NCBI RefSeq assembly: GCF_016653405.1
Contig: NZ_NHSN01000018.1
Span: forward strand, 12,524 to 36,523
Source of the DNA: Halorhodospira halophila
GTDB lineage: Bacteria; Pseudomonadota; Gammaproteobacteria; Nitrococcales; Halorhodospiraceae
Length of the DNA: 24,000 bases
Direction: 5' to 3'
Within the stretch, counting starts at the first letter, position 1; each line of letters starts with the position of its first letter. The notes beneath the pieces are model-generated. The model had not been told where the DNA came from. It ran no database searches and saw only the letters and a list, made by a program, of their open reading frames with translations. Made by a program: the position numbers and the translations under genes. This document shows, piece after piece, positions 9,258 through 14,632 of this stretch.

Positions 9258-9740
9258 CTAACGCAGATCCAGGGTGATGCGGGTCCCGCCCTCTTCCACC
9301 GTAAACGCGGCATCCTCGAAGTCGGGCGGTCCCATGCGGCCCATGGCGCCGCGGCTAAAACCGGCGGGTTCTCTCGGCACACCCAGGAAGTTGGTGGTCA
9401 GATCGCCACTGCCGTCCAGGTCCTGGAAGGCGGCCACGGCGTACTGACCGGGGGTCAGATCGGAGATCGTCAGCGTCACCGCGTCGCCCTCCACCGGACG
9501 GGTCTTGCGCGCGCGCGCCCGGTCCGCATCGGGGAAGGCCTCCGCGTCGTCGAAGAGTGCGACGTAGACACTGCCCTGGTCGGCCTTCGGCAACAGGATC
9601 TCCACCTCCAGCGTCACGGCCCGCGCCGCGACACCAACGGTCAGACCGAGCATGAGCGCCACCACCCGGACCCCGAGCCTCCCCGCCCCTGGACACAGCC
9701 CCGCTTTCCCCGAACGGGGCGTCAACTGCCGCACCCTCAC
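9258..9740 (-). CDS. DUF2141 domain-containing secreted protein
   Basis: GTG start at 9740 is preceded by TAAGGAGG (the TAA is the upstream gene's stop). After a signal peptide, the sequence VYVALFDDAEAFP...GQYAVAAFQDLDGSGDLTTNFLGVPREPAGFS...GPPDFEDAAF matches the DUF2141 family pattern. Confidence 0.85.
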   Translation of the reverse strand: MRVRQLTPRSGKAGLCPGAGRLGVRVVALMLGLTVGVAARAVTLEVEILLPKADQGSVYVALFDDAEAFPDADRARARKTRPVEGDAVTLTISDLTPGQYAVAAFQDLDGSGDLTTNFLGVPREPAGFSRGAMGRMGPPDFEDAAFTVEEGGTRITLDLR

Positions 9741-9751
9741 GTTCGTCCTCC

Positions 9752-10717
9752 TTAGCCGATCGTGTCCGCCAGCGCGCCGCCGCCATCGCGGTACGGTGCC
9801 AGCAGGCGGTCGATTAGTTCCAGCAGCTGGCGCCTCTCGGCCAGCGGCTCGCGGGTACCCGGCACCAGGTACGGTGAGACGCTCCGACGATCGAAGTAGA
9901 ACCCCCCGGATTCCGGTGCGCTCGAGGCCTCAGCCCCACTGGGCCCGCCGGCCCTTGCCGCCAGCCACACCAAGGTGTCCGCCCCCTGCTCGGGACTGCG
10001 CAACCGGCCGCGGGTCCAGCGCCAGAACCCCGGGATCGCCTCACGCACCCCGGCGGTATCCACCCAGCCAGGATGCATGGCGCAGCAGTCCACATCGCGG
10101 AACAGCGGCATGCGGGCCATCTGCGCATTGACGATCGTCTGTGCGCGCTTGACGTTGGCGTAGGTGGCGACCTTGTCGTAGCGTTCGTTTTCAAAGATAT
10201 GGCGCAGGTGCAGGCGCTGCAGGTACATCCCCCCGGAACTCATCCAGATCACGCGGGCGCCCTCGCGCAGCCTGCCGGAGCTGGCCAGGTTGTGGACGAG
10301 CAGGTAGTGCCCGAAGAGCTGCGAGGCCATCTGCAGCTCAACGCCGTCGGCATTGCGCGTGAACTGCTCCGGCATCCCTCCGGCGTTGAGGGCCACAAAG
10401 TCAAGCGGCGGAAGGGTCTCCCCCGCGCGTGCCACGGCCGCCCAGTCCCCCGTATCCAGCGTGCGGTAATCCGGGTCCCCGGTCCCTGCCCCGCGCCCGC
10501 AACTCAGCACTCGATGGCCCATGCCGCGCAGGCGCTCAACGGCTGCAGCGCCGATGCCACGACTGCCGCCGGTAATCAGGCCGGTCAGTGCCTCCTGCGG
10601 GCCTTCCCGCAGGCGGTCCCGGAACCCGGGCCAGGTGCGCGCGTGGCGCTCGAAGCCGCTACGGTCGAATGAGAAGTAGATGGATGCATCGAGTAGCCAC
10701 TCGTGGGGTTTTCTCAT
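9752..10717 (-). CDS. SDR-family oxidoreductase (DHRS12-like, with N-terminal extension)
   Basis: I re-set the start to ATG 10717 (MRKPHEWLLDASIYFSF...). The track's 111-codon upstream extension would run across the fccA promoter and gene. Motifs present: ITGGSRGIG, catalytic Ser in WMSSGG, and YANVK. Confidence 0.8.
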   Translation of the reverse strand: MRKPHEWLLDASIYFSFDRSGFERHARTWPGFRDRLREGPQEALTGLITGGSRGIGAAAVERLRGMGHRVLSCGRGAGTGDPDYRTLDTGDWAAVARAGETLPPLDFVALNAGGMPEQFTRNADGVELQMASQLFGHYLLVHNLASSGRLREGARVIWMSSGGMYLQRLHLRHIFENERYDKVATYANVKRAQTIVNAQMARMPLFRDVDCCAMHPGWVDTAGVREAIPGFWRWTRGRLRSPEQGADTLVWLAARAGGPSGAEASSAPESGGFYFDRRSVSPYLVPGTREPLAERRQLLELIDRLLAPYRDGGGALADTIG

Positions 10718-10808
10718 GGGCAGACCGTTCCGTGCGGCGAAGGGTGTGGCGTATACTCCGCAGCTTAATCGCGCCGCGCTCGACATCAAAGGGAGGAGAC
10801 TTCGAGCG

Positions 10809-11129
10809 ATGCCCGTCAGGAAACCACCCCTTCGCACCATCCTGATCGCCCTGTGCGGGGCCCTCCTTGTCACCCCCGTCCAGGCCGACGACGACCCGCT
10901 CACCCGCGGTGAGCTCATCGCCCAGAGCTGCTTTGCCTGCCACGGCCCCGATGGCCAGGGTGCCGATACCATGCCGCCGATCGCCGGCTGGGACGAGGAG
11001 CTGATGGTGGAATATCTGGAAGACTTCCAGAAAGGCAAGCGCAACCCCACCGTGATGGACCGTCACGCAACCGGTTACACCGCGGACGAGATCCGCGAGC
11101 TTGCCGCCTACCTGAGTGAACTCGACTGA
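10809..11129 (+). CDS. fccA: monohaem c-type cytochrome, flavocytochrome c small subunit (FccA-like)
   Basis: I re-set the start to ATG 10809 (GGGAGGAG SD at 10791-10798). It has a signal peptide, a single CFACH haem site and a downstream Met (TVMDRH). It ends 11 nt before fccB. Confidence 0.75.
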   Translation: MPVRKPPLRTILIALCGALLVTPVQADDDPLTRGELIAQSCFACHGPDGQGADTMPPIAGWDEELMVEYLEDFQKGKRNPTVMDRHATGYTADEIRELAAYLSELD

Positions 11130-11140
11130 GGCCCTGGATC

Positions 11141-12445
11141 ATGAGCCGATCATACTCCCGACGCGATTTCCTGCGCCTGGGTGCCACCGGTGGCACCATA
11201 GCCGCACTGGGGCTGGCCGGCTTCCCCACCCTGAGCCTGGCCCGCAGCCAGCTCGATGCCCGCATCGCCGTGGTCGGGGGCGGTTCCGCCGGTGCCACCG
11301 TGGCCCGGTACCTCAAGGAGCACGCACCCAACCTGCGGATCACTCTGATCGAGCCCAACGAGACCTACTACACCTGCTACGCTGGCAACTGGTACCTCGG
11401 CGGTTTCCGGGATCTGGACACGCTGGGCCACGGCTACGACAACCTGCGTGAACGCCATGGCATCGAAGTGATCCATGACCGCGCTGAAGAGCTGGACCTG
11501 GCCGGCAGGCGCGTCATGACCCGCAACCATACCCCCATCCAGTACGACCGCTTGGTGGTCGCCCCAGGTATCGACTTCGACTGGGACCGGGTCGAGGGCC
11601 TCGACCGAGAAGGTACCGAGCAAATCCCACACGCCTGGCAGGGCGGCCGCCCGTTCCGGATCCTGCGCGAGCAGCTCGAGGCTATGGACGACGGTGGCAC
11701 CGTCATCGTCTGCCCGCCTGAGTCGCCGTACCGTTGCCCGCCCGGGCCTTACGAGCGCATGGCGCTGATCGCCCACTACCTCAAGTCCCATAAACCGCGG
11801 GCGAAAGTGCTGGGACTCGATCCGAAGGACAGCTTCTCGAAGCAGACCCTGTTCAAGCAGGGCTGGGAGGAGCTCTACGGCGACATGATCGAGTGGGTTC
11901 CCGCGTCCGCCGGCGGCGCCCCCGAACGGCTCTCGGTGGCAGACCGCAGAGTCTTCACCGACGGGGGGGACCAGATGCACCAGGGTGATGTCATCAACTT
12001 TATCCCGCCTCAGCAGGCCGGCGCCATCGCCCATCGGGCCGGCCTGGTCGACGACACCGGCTGGTGCCCGGTGGATCAGGAGACCTTCCGGTCGAAGCGG
12101 CACGAAGACGTCTACATCATCGGGGATGCGGCGATCGCAGGCGACATGCCCAAGTCAGCCCACAGCGCCAACAACCAGGGTAAACTGGTGGCCGCAACCC
12201 TCGTCGGCGAACTCACTGGAGAGCCAAGCCCGGGGTTCCCCACGGTCAACACCTGTTACAGCCTGGTCGCACCCGATTGGGCGTTCACCATCGCGGCGGT
12301 CTTCGAGCACCGCGACGGACGAATCCGCGAGGTGGAGGGCTCCGGGGGGCTCAGCCCAGAGGACGAGGGCAAGGAGTTTCGTCAGGTCGAGGCCATTTAC
12401 GCACCCGGCTGGTACGAATCGATCACCCGGGACATGTTCGGGTAG
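11141..12445 (+). CDS. fccB: flavocytochrome c sulfide dehydrogenase, flavoprotein subunit (FccB)
   Basis: Tat signal SRRDFLRLG and FAD fold VVGGGSAGAT are present. The Cys in YYTCY is at the position used for covalent FAD attachment. The redox-pair cysteines occur in PYRCPPGPYER and VNTCYS. Confidence 0.9.
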   Translation: MSRSYSRRDFLRLGATGGTIAALGLAGFPTLSLARSQLDARIAVVGGGSAGATVARYLKEHAPNLRITLIEPNETYYTCYAGNWYLGGFRDLDTLGHGYDNLRERHGIEVIHDRAEELDLAGRRVMTRNHTPIQYDRLVVAPGIDFDWDRVEGLDREGTEQIPHAWQGGRPFRILREQLEAMDDGGTVIVCPPESPYRCPPGPYERMALIAHYLKSHKPRAKVLGLDPKDSFSKQTLFKQGWEELYGDMIEWVPASAGGAPERLSVADRRVFTDGGDQMHQGDVINFIPPQQAGAIAHRAGLVDDTGWCPVDQETFRSKRHEDVYIIGDAAIAGDMPKSAHSANNQGKLVAATLVGELTGEPSPGFPTVNTCYSLVAPDWAFTIAAVFEHRDGRIREVEGSGGLSPEDEGKEFRQVEAIYAPGWYESITRDMFG

Positions 12446-12506
12446 GGCGCTTCTGCCCGGTTGGCGATCGGGGATACGGCCGCGCTAGAGTGGGTCGCAT
12501 CACCGG

Positions 12507-14618
12507 ATGCCGGAAAGGACCCGTTCAACCATGCTGCGCCTTCTCAAGTGGCTCCTGCTGGGCCTCCTCGCCCTGATCCTGACCCTGGGCGTCGCCATTG
12601 CCGTGGCGGCGCTGGTTATCGACCCGAACGAATACCGCGATGACCTCGCCGCCCTCGCCGAGCGCGAGCTGGGCCGGGAGTTCGAGATCGAGGGCGAGAT
12701 CGAGTGGTCGTTCTTCCCCTGGCTCGGTATCGAGGTCGGACGCATCACGATGGCCGACGCCGACGGCTACCACGACGAGCCGTTCGTTGAGTTCGACCGG
12801 CTCGCCGCCGCCATGAAGGTCTGGCCGCTGCTGCGCGGCGAACTGCACACGCGGGCCGTCGAGATCGAGCGTCCGGTTGTGCGGTTGATGCGTGACGAGG
12901 ATGGCCAAGACAACTGGACGGACCTGGCAGAGCGATTCGCCGCGGAGGAGTCCGATGCCGGGCAGCAGCCCGCCGGCGCCGATGCCCCGGCGGATGCTGA
13001 CGCGACCGAGCCCCCTCCGGCCGACCTGGAGGCCCTGGCGGGGATGGTCATCGGCGGAGTTCGTCTCAACGAGGGGGCCGTCTACTGGGAGGACCGCAGC
13101 GATGACCGGCGGATCCGGCTGGATCCCGTCAACCTGGAGATCGACACCCTGCGCTTGGACGAACCCGTGGGGATCCGGGCCGACGCCCTGGTCGGTGACG
13201 AGGAATACCTCGAGTTCACCAGTGAGGCCCGGCTGCGCCAAGCCGATGCCGGCCCGGAGCTGACGGCCAGCTGGTCGCTGAGCCCCCTCGATCCCAAGGG
13301 CCTGCTCGAGGCGCTCGGCGAGGAGCCGCCGGAGACCGAGGATCCCGGGGTGCTGCGCAGCTTTAGCGGCTCCGGGGAGATCGACGCCACGGCAGACCGC
13401 ATCGATCTGACCGGGCTCGCCGTCGAGCTGGATGACAGCCGGGTCGAGGGCGAGGCGGCCATCGAGCCCGCGCAGCCGACCATCGAGCTGGCGCTGCAGC
13501 TCAACCACATCGATCTTGACCGCTACCTGCCGCCCGAAACAGCTGAGGGAGAGCCAAGCGGCCATGGCAACGGCGGGAACACGGACAGCGACGACGGTCC
13601 GCAAGAGGGGCTGGGGGATCTGCGCGAAGTGGCCCTGGACTTCCCGCTGGAGCCACTGCGCCCGCTGGTCGTCGAGGGCCGCATCGGCATCGACGAACTC
13701 CATGCCGCCGACCTGACGGTCAGCGACTTCGAGGCCCGGCTCACCGGCAGCGAGGGCGAGTTGGGTGCCGAGTCCCTGCGCGCCCGCCTTTACGAAGGCG
13801 AGCTGGCCGGTCACGCCTGGCTGGATGCCCGCGGCGACGTACCCGCTTTCAACGTGGCCACCTCCCTCGAAGGCGTGGCCTTTGCGCCCCTACTGGAGGA
13901 TCTGCTGGATCGTGACTGGCTCCACGGGCGCGGCCATTTCCATTTCGAGGGCAGTGGCGGGGGCGCGCACCTGCACGGGCTGATCGAGGATTTCGAGGGG
14001 TCGGGCCGGATCGCCGCCGAGGACGGCAACCTGCTCGGGCTGAACATCCCCCACAAGATCCGCGAGGCGGCGGCCCAGCTGCGCCGTGAGGAACCGCCGG
14101 AGGCCCCCGGCCATGACGAGCGGACGGACTTCTCGGACCTGACCGCGAGCTTCACCCTGGAAGACGGCATCGCGCACAACGAGGACCTGCTGCTCGAGTC
14201 GCCCGTGCTCCAGGCCACCGGCGAAGGGTCGGCAAACATCCTTGCCGAGGAGATCGACTACCGCGTGCGGGCAACCCTGCCCGACGGCCTGAACGAGGAG
14301 GATGCCCCGCTGCTGCACCGCCTGGCCGGGGCCACAATCCCCCTGGAGATCACCGGTTTTCTGTTTGAGCCGGACATCCGGCTCGACCTCGCCGAAGCCT
14401 TGGGTGAGGAGCGCCTGGAGCGTCTCGGTGCCGCACGCGAAGAGATCGAGGAGCGGGTGGACGAGGAGCGCGAACGCCTGGAACGGGAGGCCGAGCAGGA
14501 GCAGGAGCGTCTCGAACAGGAGGCGCGGGAGCAGCGCGAACGCCTCGAGCAGGAGGCGGAAGAGCAGCGCGACGAGGCGGAACGGCGCCTCCGCGACGAG
14601 GTGGAGAGCTTCTTCTAA
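12507..14618 (+). CDS. AsmA-family protein (envelope biogenesis / lipid-transport family)
   Basis: The N-terminal anchor plus [12 protein letters not shown]...[22 protein letters not shown]...WPLLRGEL...NW matches the AsmA N-terminal domain. An AsmA_2-like C-terminal region is present (GNLLGLNIP...[33 protein letters not shown]). Both ATG 12507 and ATG 12531 (MLRLLKWLL) are possible starts. Confidence 0.9.
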   Translation: MPERTRSTMLRLLKWLLLGLLALILTLGVAIAVAALVIDPNEYRDDLAALAERELGREFEIEGEIEWSFFPWLGIEVGRITMADADGYHDEPFVEFDRLAAAMKVWPLLRGELHTRAVEIERPVVRLMRDEDGQDNWTDLAERFAAEESDAGQQPAGADAPADADATEPPPADLEALAGMVIGGVRLNEGAVYWEDRSDDRRIRLDPVNLEIDTLRLDEPVGIRADALVGDEEYLEFTSEARLRQADAGPELTASWSLSPLDPKGLLEALGEEPPETEDPGVLRSFSGSGEIDATADRIDLTGLAVELDDSRVEGEAAIEPAQPTIELALQLNHIDLDRYLPPETAEGEPSGHGNGGNTDSDDGPQEGLGDLREVALDFPLEPLRPLVVEGRIGIDELHAADLTVSDFEARLTGSEGELGAESLRARLYEGELAGHAWLDARGDVPAFNVATSLEGVAFAPLLEDLLDRDWLHGRGHFHFEGSGGGAHLHGLIEDFEGSGRIAAEDGNLLGLNIPHKIREAAAQLRREEPPEAPGHDERTDFSDLTASFTLEDGIAHNEDLLLESPVLQATGEGSANILAEEIDYRVRATLPDGLNEEDAPLLHRLAGATIPLEITGFLFEPDIRLDLAEALGEERLERLGAAREEIEERVDEERERLEREAEQEQERLEQEAREQRERLEQEAEEQRDEAERRLRDEVESFF
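14472..14570 (+). repeat. 33-nt tandem repeat x3 inside the asmA 3' end, encoding ERLE(R/Q)EA(E/R)(Q/E)(E/Q)(Q/R)
   Basis: Units are 14472-14504 ([11 protein letters not shown]), 14505-14537 ([11 protein letters not shown]) and 14538-14570 ([11 protein letters not shown]). They are in frame, and DNA-level similarity is visible (GAACGCCTGGAACGGGAGGC / GAGCGTCTCGAACAGGAGGC / GAACGCCTCGAGCAGGAGGC). Confidence 0.8.
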
Positions 14619-14632
14619 GGAGGGATCATCGG